From an uncultured bacterium (GTDB taxonomy: Bacteria; Chlamydiota; Chlamydiia; Chlamydiales; SM23-39), in NCBI GenBank assembly GCA_964424735.1, contig CAYRJU010000005.1, forward strand, positions 5,009 through 69,008: 64,000 bases of DNA, written 5' to 3'. This document shows, one piece after another, positions 18,654 to 27,735 of the stretch. The notes below the pieces were generated by a model. The model had not been told where the DNA came from, did not search any database, and worked only from the letters and a program-made list of their open reading frames with translations. Every line of letters begins with the position of its first letter. The first letter of the stretch is position 1. Made by a program: the position numbers and the translations under genes.

Positions 18654-19838
18654 CTAGGTGAAGGATTGATTTGTCAGCGCGTCGATGCCGGGTAAATGCC
18701 CAAATTCCAGAAATTCTAAAGAGGCTCCGCCGCCGGTTGATAGATGCGCGAACTGTTTTTGCAATCCCATCTGTTCAATGGCGGCCACGGAGTCACCTCC
18801 TCCGACAATTGTCTTGGCGTTAGAGGAACTAAGACATTCGGCAATGGCTCTTGTCCCTTTTGCAAATTGCGGCATTTCAAAAACTCCGAGGGGACCATTC
18901 CAAAATACGGTGGAAGCCTTTTGAAGCTCCTGGGACCATTCTCGGATGGTTTGAGGCCCAATGTCCATTCCTTGCCAGCCTTTGGGGATTCCCTCTTTTG
19001 CAAGGACCTGTTTGGTGTTTGCATCGTTGGAAAATTGGTCTGCAATCACGAGATCTTTGGGAAATCGGAGTTTATCTTTCGGAAGATTTTGGATCTGTGC
19101 AGGATCTTCAGAGGGAGAGCTACCTATGTCAATCCCCTCTTTTTTCAAGAAGGTATACACCATGGCCCCTCCGATGAAGAGGAGATCGACTTTGGTGATG
19201 AGCTGTTTGATCACGCCGATTTTAGAAGAGATTTTCGCTCCGCCGACAATGGCGTAAAAGGGACGTTTGGGATGGGACAAAAGAGGCGAAAGAGCCTCGA
19301 TCTCTTTTTCCATTAAAAAACCCATCAATGCGGCCTTTGGAAAGAATTTGGCAATCGCTGCTGTAGATGCGTGGGCCCTATGAGCGGTTCCAAACGCATC
19401 ATTCACATAAATGTCGCCAAGAGCTGCGAGCTCTTTTACGAAATCGGGATATTTTTCTGGCTCTTCTTCTCCCGGATGAAAGCGCAAGTTTTCTAAGAGT
19501 AGAATTTCCCCAGGTTTTAAAGCATTTGCCATCTTTTTCACTTCGGGGCCTACGCAATCGGGAGCCATTTTGATGCCTTTTCCGAGAAGCTCGGAGAGTC
19601 TTTTTGCGCAAGGGGCTAACGAAAATTCCTTTTCGGGTTTGCCCTTGGGTCTTCCCAAATGGCTCATCAAGATCAAAGAAGCGCCCCCGTTCAAAATATA
19701 TTCAATGGAAGGAAGGGCTGCCCGAATGCGCGAGTCATCGGTGATGCGTCCTTTTTCCATAGGGACATTGAAATCGACCCGCATCAATACGCGTTTAGCT
19801 TTCAGGGAAAGATCTTTCAGCTTAAGTTTTTTTTGCAT
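18654..19838 (-). CDS. pgk: Phosphoglycerate kinase
   Basis: Full-length PGK pattern (RVDFNVP, NDAFGTAHRAH, STGGGASLEFLEG-like). Confidence 0.95.
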   Translation of the reverse strand: MQKKLKLKDLSLKAKRVLMRVDFNVPMEKGRITDDSRIRAALPSIEYILNGGASLILMSHLGRPKGKPEKEFSLAPCAKRLSELLGKGIKMAPDCVGPEVKKMANALKPGEILLLENLRFHPGEEEPEKYPDFVKELAALGDIYVNDAFGTAHRAHASTAAIAKFFPKAALMGFLMEKEIEALSPLLSHPKRPFYAIVGGAKISSKIGVIKQLITKVDLLFIGGAMVYTFLKKEGIDIGSSPSEDPAQIQNLPKDKLRFPKDLVIADQFSNDANTKQVLAKEGIPKGWQGMDIGPQTIREWSQELQKASTVFWNGPLGVFEMPQFAKGTRAIAECLSSSNAKTIVGGGDSVAAIEQMGLQKQFAHLSTGGGASLEFLEFGHLPGIDALTNQSFT

Positions 19839-20599
19839 ACATTTTTAATTAGGTCGCTTGCAACTTGGAACTTCTTTTTATAAACAGTTCCCTTTTTGGT
19901 TCCCCAACTCTTAGGGATCGCGACAAATTTAGCTCTCGACATGGGATCTTTAGGGATAACGTAGTAGTATTCATAGCTAGAATAGATCGAATCTAGATGT
20001 TTTTGAATGCATTTATACGTGCACGCCACATCTCCGTATTGATCATAATGGCAGTCGGGGCGATGGGGGACTTTAAAATCGTCAATCACGATAATACAAC
20101 GGTCCCGATGTGTGGTTGCAATGGCCCCGAGCTCTTCGAGTAGAGGGCAGTAATCATTCCAATGAGCGTCTAAATAGAAGAGAATCCGCTTGTCATGCAA
20201 ATTGGGGAGGATTTGAGAAAGGATTTTTTCGGAGCTTCCCAAATGGTAGTGGATGTTGTGGCAATCCTTCAAATTCTCTTGTGCGAATTGAAAAGAATCG
20301 GGATTCAGTTCGATGGTATGGACTTCATTGAAACAAGAAGAGAAAAACCGAGTTGTTTCACCGCGGTAAGTTCCCGTTTCAACAGCTACCTCTATTCCGA
20401 AATCCTTTTTGAGAAGGTTTATGAAATGGCCGATTTCTGGCGCTTGGTTAAAAGCTGTAGGAGGAGTTTTGAAAGGAGCTAAAGAAGCCCATTGTTTTGG
20501 CTGCAGTTTGGCAAAATCGATTTGCCTTGAATAGGGAAGGGGTTTGGTCAGAGTGAAAAGAGCAGACAAAATCACTAAAACGGTAAGAGCGCGAAGCAT
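19817..20599 (-). CDS. Signal-peptide-bearing class I SAM-methyltransferase-like protein
   Basis: Cleavable-looking N-terminus. The ETGTYRGETT (motif I-like) and IIVIDDF pattern supports only a tentative assignment. Confidence 0.45.
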   Translation of the reverse strand: MLRALTVLVILSALFTLTKPLPYSRQIDFAKLQPKQWASLAPFKTPPTAFNQAPEIGHFINLLKKDFGIEVAVETGTYRGETTRFFSSCFNEVHTIELNPDSFQFAQENLKDCHNIHYHLGSSEKILSQILPNLHDKRILFYLDAHWNDYCPLLEELGAIATTHRDRCIIVIDDFKVPHRPDCHYDQYGDVACTYKCIQKHLDSIYSSYEYYYVIPKDPMSRAKFVAIPKSWGTKKGTVYKKKFQVASDLIKNVCKKNLS

Positions 20600-20648
20600 A
20601 CAACCTCAAAAAAAATTAGAGTATAGGAGATGGCTCAAAAAATCAACT

Positions 20649-21398
20649 TCACAGATCGGCGAAAGGATTGGCCGATTGTTCAAACCCTCCCCCTTTTTTT
20701 CGGTTGCGCAGTTCGGAGCGAATGGAAAAGAGCAGATCCTGATCGAAATCTTTCCGTTCTGCCCAGAGCAAATATTCCAGGGGAATCTCATCGAATTTTC
20801 GCCCTTTGTGTTTTCCAAGGGGCATGGCTTTGAGTTTGATCGGTTTTTTGAGTGTTTCTAAAAGCTCTTCTGTCGTCTTATAAGATTTAGCCAGGTATTT
20901 GAAGACCTCGATGTTCACAATGACGTCGCTCATCGCTCGGTGAGCGCCTTCGGGCTCAATGTTGAAGTGCTGTCTCAAGCGTTCGAGCGAATTGATGGGA
21001 CTTTCTCCATAGAGTCTTGCCATGCGAAGAGTATCGATGAACTTTTGCTTTTCGATTTGGGTGGGAATTTGATGTCTTTTGGCCTCGGCTGCAATGAGGG
21101 CAATGTCAAATCCAATTCCATGACCTACGATCACATGACCTTCGATCATTTTGAGAAGGGAGGGAAGCACTTCGGCAATTTTGGGTTTCCCTTGCAGCAT
21201 ATCTATAGAAATTTTGTGAATCTCTTGAGAAACTTGGGGAATGTCGCATTCGGGATCGATGAGCGATTCGAAAGATTGGAGGATTTGATCAAAGGTGAAA
21301 CGGGAGGCCGCGATTTCGATGACGCGATCTTTCTCGGGATCTAGTCCTGTCGATTCGCAATCGATACAGACGAAAATATCTTGGTAAATTAGCCCCAT
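20649..21398 (-). CDS. DnaQ-like 3'-5' exonuclease with an extra C-terminal domain
   Basis: Exo I motif IDCESTGL, plus Exo II/III regions including HRAMSD. The C-terminal ~70 aa (MPLGKHKGRKFDEIPLEYLLW) is an added module. Confidence 0.8.
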   Translation of the reverse strand: MGLIYQDIFVCIDCESTGLDPEKDRVIEIAASRFTFDQILQSFESLIDPECDIPQVSQEIHKISIDMLQGKPKIAEVLPSLLKMIEGHVIVGHGIGFDIALIAAEAKRHQIPTQIEKQKFIDTLRMARLYGESPINSLERLRQHFNIEPEGAHRAMSDVIVNIEVFKYLAKSYKTTEELLETLKKPIKLKAMPLGKHKGRKFDEIPLEYLLWAERKDFDQDLLFSIRSELRNRKKGGGFEQSANPFADL

Positions 21399-21952
21399 AA
21401 AATTTGTTCGATCCTTTTCAAGAGATGCTGCGAGGAGGACTCCATGATTGAATAGAGAATGGCCTCTGGGTATTTTTTTAAAAGCTGATTCCTTTCAGAG
21501 GCTTTTAGTTTATCAGTTTTTGTCAAAATCAACAAAACGGGAATTTTTTTTGTTTCTGCCCATTTTAGAAGAGTTTGATCTTCTGGGCCCAGTTCTCTTC
21601 GAGAGTCGATGAGGAGGAGAATCAATTTTAAAGTCTTTCTCTCATTGATGTATCGATCGATTGCTTCCGACCATTGCTGAATCTCTTCTGAAGAGGCCTT
21701 GGCAAATCCATATCCCGGTAAATCGACGAGTAGAAATTTTTCTTCGATGCAAAAGAAATTGAGCAGCTTTGTTTTCCCAGGCGTTGCCGATGTTTTGGCC
21801 AGATTTTTTTGCCTGAGTAAATGATTGATCAAACTCGATTTGCCCACATTGGATCTCCCTACCAAAGCAATCTCGGGCAAGGGGATTCCTCTGGGGTCTT
21901 TGAGATTGGGGAAATCGGTCAATGTGGAGAGGAGAAAGCGGGCTTGTGTCAT
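21389..21952 (-). CDS. engB: Ribosome biogenesis GTPase EngB/YsxC
   Basis: GRSNVGKSSLIN, DLPGYG and TKTDK GTPase motifs. Confidence 0.85.
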   Translation of the reverse strand: MTQARFLLSTLTDFPNLKDPRGIPLPEIALVGRSNVGKSSLINHLLRQKNLAKTSATPGKTKLLNFFCIEEKFLLVDLPGYGFAKASSEEIQQWSEAIDRYINERKTLKLILLLIDSRRELGPEDQTLLKWAETKKIPVLLILTKTDKLKASERNQLLKKYPEAILYSIMESSSQHLLKRIEQILWG

Positions 21953-22362
21953 GAAATATTTGCGATTCGCCCTCCCTCATCATATTCAAAGTGGATGTAG
22001 ATCGTCTCGAGAGGTAAAATGGCTCGGATCCTTTCAGACCATTCGATGGCGCAGATGTGCGAGGAAAAATATTCTTCAAATCCTAGAGCCAGAAAGTCCT
22101 CCACATTTTTGAGTCGATAGAGATCGAAATGGGCAAGGCCTTGATACACATTTAGCAAAATAAAAGTGGGACTTTGAATGGGTTCTTGAATTCCGAGCTC
22201 TTTAGCCAGTCCTTGGACAAAGGTCGTCTTTCCCGCTCCGAGTTCGCCAGAAAGTGCAAGGATAGAGGGTTTGGGGAGAGTACTGGCTACAAATTGTCCA
22301 AACTCTATCATCTCCTCTGCATTTTTGAGAACGTGCCGTTTTCTTAGTCCGATTCGACCCAT
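21949..22362 (-). CDS. tsaE: tRNA t6A biosynthesis ATPase TsaE
   Basis: SGELGAGKTTFVQG P-loop, ~137 aa, ATGA overlap with engB. Confidence 0.85.
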   Translation of the reverse strand: MGRIGLRKRHVLKNAEEMIEFGQFVASTLPKPSILALSGELGAGKTTFVQGLAKELGIQEPIQSPTFILLNVYQGLAHFDLYRLKNVEDFLALGFEEYFSSHICAIEWSERIRAILPLETIYIHFEYDEGGRIANIS

Positions 22363-23141
22363 TTTTCTAAATAGGGTTCGAATTCAGGATGCTGAGCGAG
22401 GCCTTCGACAAAGCCTGCGATTTTGTCTTCTGTTAAATGCTTTTGAATGAAATCAAGAAAATGTTCTTCGATCTGGAATCGGTTTTGATTTTGCACTTCG
22501 AGTAAAGTGAGGAGTTTGGTGTGATTTTTCTTGAAATCGTCAATGACCGCTGCCTTGCTGTTGAAGAGTTTTCCCGTAATGGCAGAAGAATAGACTACTT
22601 TTTTAATCGAAGATTTTCTTTCGCTGATATAGTTTTTAATGACTTCGGGATCTTCAGAGACAAAAAATCTCTTGACGGGGAGGCCTCCTACCCGCTCGGT
22701 GTTTTCTGGGCATTTTGCAACCCAATCGTAAATGGCGTCTTGAGGATTTGGGCAAGTGTTGTCCCCAAACACTTTGCCGGTGAAGGGGCAGATGTAAATC
22801 TTTTTTGTGTCCTCATTGACGCTTTGCTGGCCAAATTGAATCGTAATCTCTGTCTCGCGCCACAATTTTCCTTGTGCTTCGAGTTTTTCGATGAGATCTG
22901 AGGTGCTTTGGTAAATCGTCTTGTCTCTGGGAAATAGAACGGGTTTTAGGTGATATTTTTCCTCGACAAAAGCAAGGTATACTGTGACCAGATCGGCGCC
23001 GCGATTTTTCTTTAAAAACTTTAATAGCTCGTTTTTTTGTTCCGCAGTGACACTCAGAGCAGTTGCCATAATCTCCTCAAAAAATAGTGGTTCACCAAGG
23101 TACAACAAAAAGGCTTTCTCATCAAGGAGTTCTTCAATCAT
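22344..23141 (-). CDS. Conserved hypothetical protein with a Cys cluster
   Basis: First gene of the tsaE-engB operon. Has a CPFTGK...CPNP...KCPEN cysteine pattern. The ATG is at 23139-23141. Confidence 0.6.
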   Translation of the reverse strand: MIEELLDEKAFLLYLGEPLFFEEIMATALSVTAEQKNELLKFLKKNRGADLVTVYLAFVEEKYHLKPVLFPRDKTIYQSTSDLIEKLEAQGKLWRETEITIQFGQQSVNEDTKKIYICPFTGKVFGDNTCPNPQDAIYDWVAKCPENTERVGGLPVKRFFVSEDPEVIKNYISERKSSIKKVVYSSAITGKLFNSKAAVIDDFKKNHTKLLTLLEVQNQNRFQIEEHFLDFIQKHLTEDKIAGFVEGLAQHPEFEPYLEKWVESD

Positions 23142-23258
23142 GACCACAAACTGAATTTTTTATTCGAATGCGAAATAAACTTTTTTTAAGATCCTTGATT
23201 TTCGTTTGCATGCATGTTATAGTTCACTCTTAAATATACTTCTCTTGAGGTTTTGCAT

Positions 23259-24425
23259 ATGAGTAGTCAACTTTTGGAAAAAAAAGTCCAAGATCCTAAG
23301 AAGCGATTGGCCTCTTTGCTTCAAGAAAGTCAAAAGAGCCTTCAGTTCGAAAGGATCATCGTCAAAGGATTTGAAAAGGTGGTGAAGGTAACCGACCGAA
23401 AGGTGGGGCTCACAGCGATCATCGCCATTCACAATACCATCCTTGGACCTGCTCTTGGAGGAACCCGGATCCGACCCTATCCGAATTTTGAAGCGGCGCT
23501 AGAAGATGCGCTTCGGCTCGCTAAAGGGATGACCTATAAGGCGGCTATTGCCGAAGTGGGATTTGGGGGAGGGAAAAGCGTCATCATCGCAGATCCTCAA
23601 ACAGAAAAAACACCCGAGCTCTTGATGGCGTTTGGTGCTGCTGTGGAAAAGCTAGGCGGAACCTACATCTGCGCCGAAGATATGGGCTGTACGGGAGAAG
23701 ATGTGAAGGTCATTCGAAGAATGACCCAGCACGTCGTGGGCCTTCCTCACGAAAAGAGCAGTGGAGACCCAGGTCCTTTTACTGCTTGGGGAACGTTCCG
23801 AGGCATTCAATCTGTTGTAAAGCAGCTTTACAAGACCGATTCACTCGAGGGGAAAAAAGTTGCTGTACAAGGGTTGGGAAATGTCGGAAGTCAGCTGATC
23901 GATTTTCTATTTTGGGCGGGCGCTGATCTCATCATCACGGATACCGATTCGGTTAAACTGAAGAAACTGGCGAAAAAGTACCGTGCGAAAATCGTAGATC
24001 CCGATCAAATCTGGAAAGTGGAATGCGATGTATTTGCTCCTTGCGCAGCTGGCGGAATCATCAATGACAAGACAATTCCGGAATTTAGGTGTAAAGCCAT
24101 TGCGGGTTGCGCGAATAATCAGCTCCTCAACGATCATCATGCTAAAGTGTTGCAAAGTAAAGGCATTCTCTATGCTCCCGACTTTGTCATCAATGCGGGA
24201 GGCCTTCTCAACGTGGCGATGGAGTTAGAAGATGAGGGATACAATCCGAAACTTTCTCGCTATAAAGCCCACCATATCTACAATACTCTGCTTGCCATCT
24301 ATGAAATCGCAGAGAAAAATCGGGAATCCACTCATGAAGCGGCGCTTGCGCTCGCCGAGTATCGACTCAAATATGCGATTGGAAGGAGGGTCATTCCTCC
24401 GACGTTCCATCACAGCGTTGAGTAA
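23259..24425 (+). CDS. Leu/Phe/Val-type amino-acid dehydrogenase (Glu/Leu/Phe/Val DH family)
   Basis: Catalytic region GFGGGKSVIIADP and Rossmann motif VQGLGNVG. Confidence 0.75.
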   Translation: MSSQLLEKKVQDPKKRLASLLQESQKSLQFERIIVKGFEKVVKVTDRKVGLTAIIAIHNTILGPALGGTRIRPYPNFEAALEDALRLAKGMTYKAAIAEVGFGGGKSVIIADPQTEKTPELLMAFGAAVEKLGGTYICAEDMGCTGEDVKVIRRMTQHVVGLPHEKSSGDPGPFTAWGTFRGIQSVVKQLYKTDSLEGKKVAVQGLGNVGSQLIDFLFWAGADLIITDTDSVKLKKLAKKYRAKIVDPDQIWKVECDVFAPCAAGGIINDKTIPEFRCKAIAGCANNQLLNDHHAKVLQSKGILYAPDFVINAGGLLNVAMELEDEGYNPKLSRYKAHHIYNTLLAIYEIAEKNRESTHEAALALAEYRLKYAIGRRVIPPTFHHSVE

Positions 24426-24482
24426 GAACCTACAAAATAATCCCGAAAATCGACGAAAAATTTTATTGAGGTAGGTTCAAGT

Positions 24483-26228
24483 ATGGACACAATCATTTCC
24501 GACTTTCGGAAGAAAGTTACAGAGGCTATTACTCGCGCTTTTGGCAATTCTCTTTCTAAAGAACAGGAGCTCGCCGATATGGCTCCCTGTATGCAGGAAG
24601 GATTTGGCCACTATCAATGCAATAGCGCGCTTCCCCTTTCTAAAATTTTAAAACAAAATCCACGTGTCATCGCGCAAAAAATCATCGAACATTTCGATGC
24701 GAGGGACTGTGAGAGAGTTGAAATTGCAGGGCCTGGCTTCATCAATTTTACGCTCTCTTCTGCCTATTTGTCCCATCAACTTCAGCTGCAGCTCAAGAAT
24801 AAGTATCTAGGAGCTGTTCCTCCATCTAAAAGACAAAAAATTATCGTCGAATTTTCCTCGCCGAATATTGCTAAAGAGTTGCATGTGGGCCATATCCGCT
24901 CGACCATTATCGGCGACTGTCTGGCTCGTCTTTTTGAATTTTTGGATCAAGACGTGCTCCGTCTCAATCACCTGGGCGATTGGGGAACGCAATTTGGGAT
25001 GCTCATTGCCTATATGAAGGATCATTGTCCGGCAGTCCTCAAGGGCGAAGAGCCGATGACGCTCGATATGCTGATGAGATGGTATAGAGCGGCCAAACAC
25101 CGCTTTGATGAGGATTCCCAATTCAAAACGCGTTCGCAAAAAGAGGTCGTGAAACTCCAAGCTGGCGAAAAAGAGGCTCTCTTTGCCTGGAGGCTCATGT
25201 GCGAGGTATCGCGTAAAGGCTTCCAAGAAATCTACGATTTGATGAAAGTGCGCATCACCGAGCGGGGAGAATCGTTCTACAATCCTTTTCTCAAAGAAGT
25301 GGTCGACGAGTTGGATCAAAAGGGTCTCGTCACTCTTTCTGATGGAGCCAAATGCGTCTATCTAGAAGGATTTAAAAACCGAGAAGGGGAGCCTCTACCC
25401 ATCATGATTCAAAAGTCGGATGGGGGCTATAATTACGACACGACCGATTTAGCGGCGATCCGGCATCGCATTTTTGTCGAAGAGGCAGATCGGATCATCG
25501 TTGTCGTCGATCAGGGGCAATCGCTCCATTTTCAGATGATCTTTGCGCTTGCCGAAAAAACGGGATGGCTCGATCCATCAAAAGTCAAAGCCGAGCATGT
25601 GGGATTTGGTCTTGTTCTCGGATCTGATGGGAAAAAATTCAAAACCCGTTCTGGAGATACCGAAAGACTCATCGATTTACTCTTAGGTGCGATCGACAAG
25701 GCTCGAGAGATTCTGAAGGAAAGATATCCAGATGGCAATCCGAAAGAGATCGAACACTTAGCGCATGTTCTCGGAATCGGCGCTGTCAAATATGCCGATC
25801 TTTCTTCTCTACGCACCAAAGACTACATGTTCAGTTACGATCGGATGCTCCGTTTTGAGGGCAACACAGCTGTCTTTCTCCTCTATGCCTACGTTCGAAT
25901 CAATGGCATTAAGAGAAAGACTCATGCCGATATGCATCACATTCTCAAAACGCATAAGATCGACGTCAAACATCCTGCAGAAATCGCTCTTGGGTTGCAT
26001 CTGGCTCGCTTTGGTGAAATGATCGAAATCATGGCCCGCGATCTGCTTCCCAATCGTCTCACTGACTATCTCTATGAGCTTGCTGAAAAGTTCAATGCTT
26101 TCTTTCGCGACTGCCGTGTCGAGGGGAGTCCTGAAGAGGGGAGCCGGCTTGTCCTGTGCGAGCTCACCGCAAAAGTGCTCAAGCAAGGCCTTGAAATCCT
26201 CGGTCTTGAAACAGTCGAGCGTCTCTAA
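24483..26228 (+). CDS. argS: Arginine--tRNA ligase
   Basis: Class I motifs SSPNIAKELHVGH and a KFKTRSG-like KMSK region; 581 aa. Confidence 0.95.
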   Translation: MDTIISDFRKKVTEAITRAFGNSLSKEQELADMAPCMQEGFGHYQCNSALPLSKILKQNPRVIAQKIIEHFDARDCERVEIAGPGFINFTLSSAYLSHQLQLQLKNKYLGAVPPSKRQKIIVEFSSPNIAKELHVGHIRSTIIGDCLARLFEFLDQDVLRLNHLGDWGTQFGMLIAYMKDHCPAVLKGEEPMTLDMLMRWYRAAKHRFDEDSQFKTRSQKEVVKLQAGEKEALFAWRLMCEVSRKGFQEIYDLMKVRITERGESFYNPFLKEVVDELDQKGLVTLSDGAKCVYLEGFKNREGEPLPIMIQKSDGGYNYDTTDLAAIRHRIFVEEADRIIVVVDQGQSLHFQMIFALAEKTGWLDPSKVKAEHVGFGLVLGSDGKKFKTRSGDTERLIDLLLGAIDKAREILKERYPDGNPKEIEHLAHVLGIGAVKYADLSSLRTKDYMFSYDRMLRFEGNTAVFLLYAYVRINGIKRKTHADMHHILKTHKIDVKHPAEIALGLHLARFGEMIEIMARDLLPNRLTDYLYELAEKFNAFFRDCRVEGSPEEGSRLVLCELTAKVLKQGLEILGLETVERL

Positions 26229-26495
26229 TAAAAAAAGCGCCCCGGGTTAGAGGGCGCTAAAATAATAAAAAGGTGATTAGGGTATTATAGAAATATTAAC
26301 AGGGGTTAACTGTTAATTACTAAAAATTATATCAAAATCATTCATTATAATAAATCGAATTTTTATTATGTTTGTTCTTAAGGTCTTGCGCTATTATCCC
26401 GAAAATTTTCACTTTATTCTGAGAAATCAACTGACACTTATCCAAGAAATACAACATATTGATTTTTAACTTCTTAAGTTAGTGTCGTAGGTCTG

Positions 26496-26661
26496 TCCCT
26501 AAATCCATTTCAGCAAACAAAAAAACAGGATTTGCAAGATCACAAGTGGCAGGATTCACAGGAAAAATTTGGATTTTAAGAGAGTTGTATCATCCTTACT
26601 TATCCTGCCGTTTACGATCCTGCAAATCCTGTTTTTTTGTTTGCTGAAATGGATTTAGGGA
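26496..26661. repeat. 166-bp palindromic element with 41-bp perfect arms
   Basis: TCCCTAAATCCATTTCAGCAAACAAAAAAACAGGATTTGCA (26496-26536) is exactly complementary to 26621-26661. The arms extend imperfectly by ~20 nt further. Confidence 0.85.
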
Positions 26662-26693
26662 TGTGTTGTGCGGGCACAGCCCCGTATTTGGTT

Positions 26694-27692
26694 TTATTCA
26701 GGAAATACAAACGTTTTGCTGGCTTTGCCGGGTTCCTCGCGGACGAGGCGGGGGACCCCGTAGCCAGAAAAGTTTTCTCGTAAGAACTGGATGAGCTCTA
26801 GCCCCCTTGCGTCGGCAACGTCGAAATGCCCGGTTCCCCGAACGGGATCGTGCAAGTGGAGATAGTAGGGAAGAATGCCGGCATTGACGAGAGTTTTTGA
26901 AAGGGCGAGTAAGGTTTCTTCCTCATCATTGACTCCCTTGAGCAAGACCGATTGATTCAGGAGCGGAATCCCCAGTTTTTGGATTTTCTTGAGATGGAAA
27001 AGGACCTCTTCATCGAGCTCTTTGGCGTGGTTACAGTGAATGATAAAGAAAATTTGTTTGGAGCTAGAGGCGAGAATCGAGAGAAAAGAATCGTCGATTC
27101 TTTCGGGGATCCCAATCGGAAAACGGGTGTGAAAACGGATGCGCTGGATATGGGGGATTTCTTCAAGGGACTGGAAGAGAGAAGCGAGCGATCCATCGCT
27201 CAAAGAAAGAGGGTCTCCCCCACTTAAGATGACTTCTGAAATTGTGGGATTGAGGCTCAAATGGGCCAGTTCTTTTTCAAAACTCTTCTCCTCGGTCTCG
27301 TAAGGAAAATTTTGACGGAAACAGAACCTGCAATGCATGGCGCAAGCGCCGCTTGCGAGAAGGAGCGCTCTGCCCTGATACTTTTTCAAGAGCTTTTGGG
27401 ATTGCCGAAATCGTTGATCTTGCAACGGCTCTGGCGTGCCAAAACTCTCTTCCAATTCATCGATTAAAGGGACAAATTGTTTAAAGATTGGGCCATCTAG
27501 ATTGTTTTTCTCCATTTTTTCCGCAAGGCGCATCGGCACATTGAGGGCAAACTGGGGGCGTGACAAGACTTTTTTTCGCTTATCTTCCGAAAGCTCTAAA
27601 AAGTCCAAAAGGGAATCGATTCGATTGAAGTTGGTCCTTTGGATTTGCCTCCAAAGAGGAATGCTCTCGTTTTTGAAGGGAAGGGGCAGCAT
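26694..27692 (-). CDS. epmB: KamA-family radical SAM aminomutase (EF-P beta-lysylation EpmB-like)
   Basis: CAMHCRFCFR radical SAM cluster motif and KamA-family length. Confidence 0.8.
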   Translation of the reverse strand: MLPLPFKNESIPLWRQIQRTNFNRIDSLLDFLELSEDKRKKVLSRPQFALNVPMRLAEKMEKNNLDGPIFKQFVPLIDELEESFGTPEPLQDQRFRQSQKLLKKYQGRALLLASGACAMHCRFCFRQNFPYETEEKSFEKELAHLSLNPTISEVILSGGDPLSLSDGSLASLFQSLEEIPHIQRIRFHTRFPIGIPERIDDSFLSILASSSKQIFFIIHCNHAKELDEEVLFHLKKIQKLGIPLLNQSVLLKGVNDEEETLLALSKTLVNAGILPYYLHLHDPVRGTGHFDVADARGLELIQFLRENFSGYGVPRLVREEPGKASKTFVFPE

Positions 27693-27735
27693 AGGAAAAC
27701 CAGTTTAATGCCCCTTCTGCCTCTTTGTCAATGAT

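Noticed and set aside
26236-26258. Hairpin AGCGCCC-N9-GGGCGCT just after argS, considered as the argS intrinsic terminator.
   Set aside because: It is preceded by an A-tract but not followed by a T-tract on the + strand. It would therefore work better for minus-strand transcripts, and it is too ambiguous to call.
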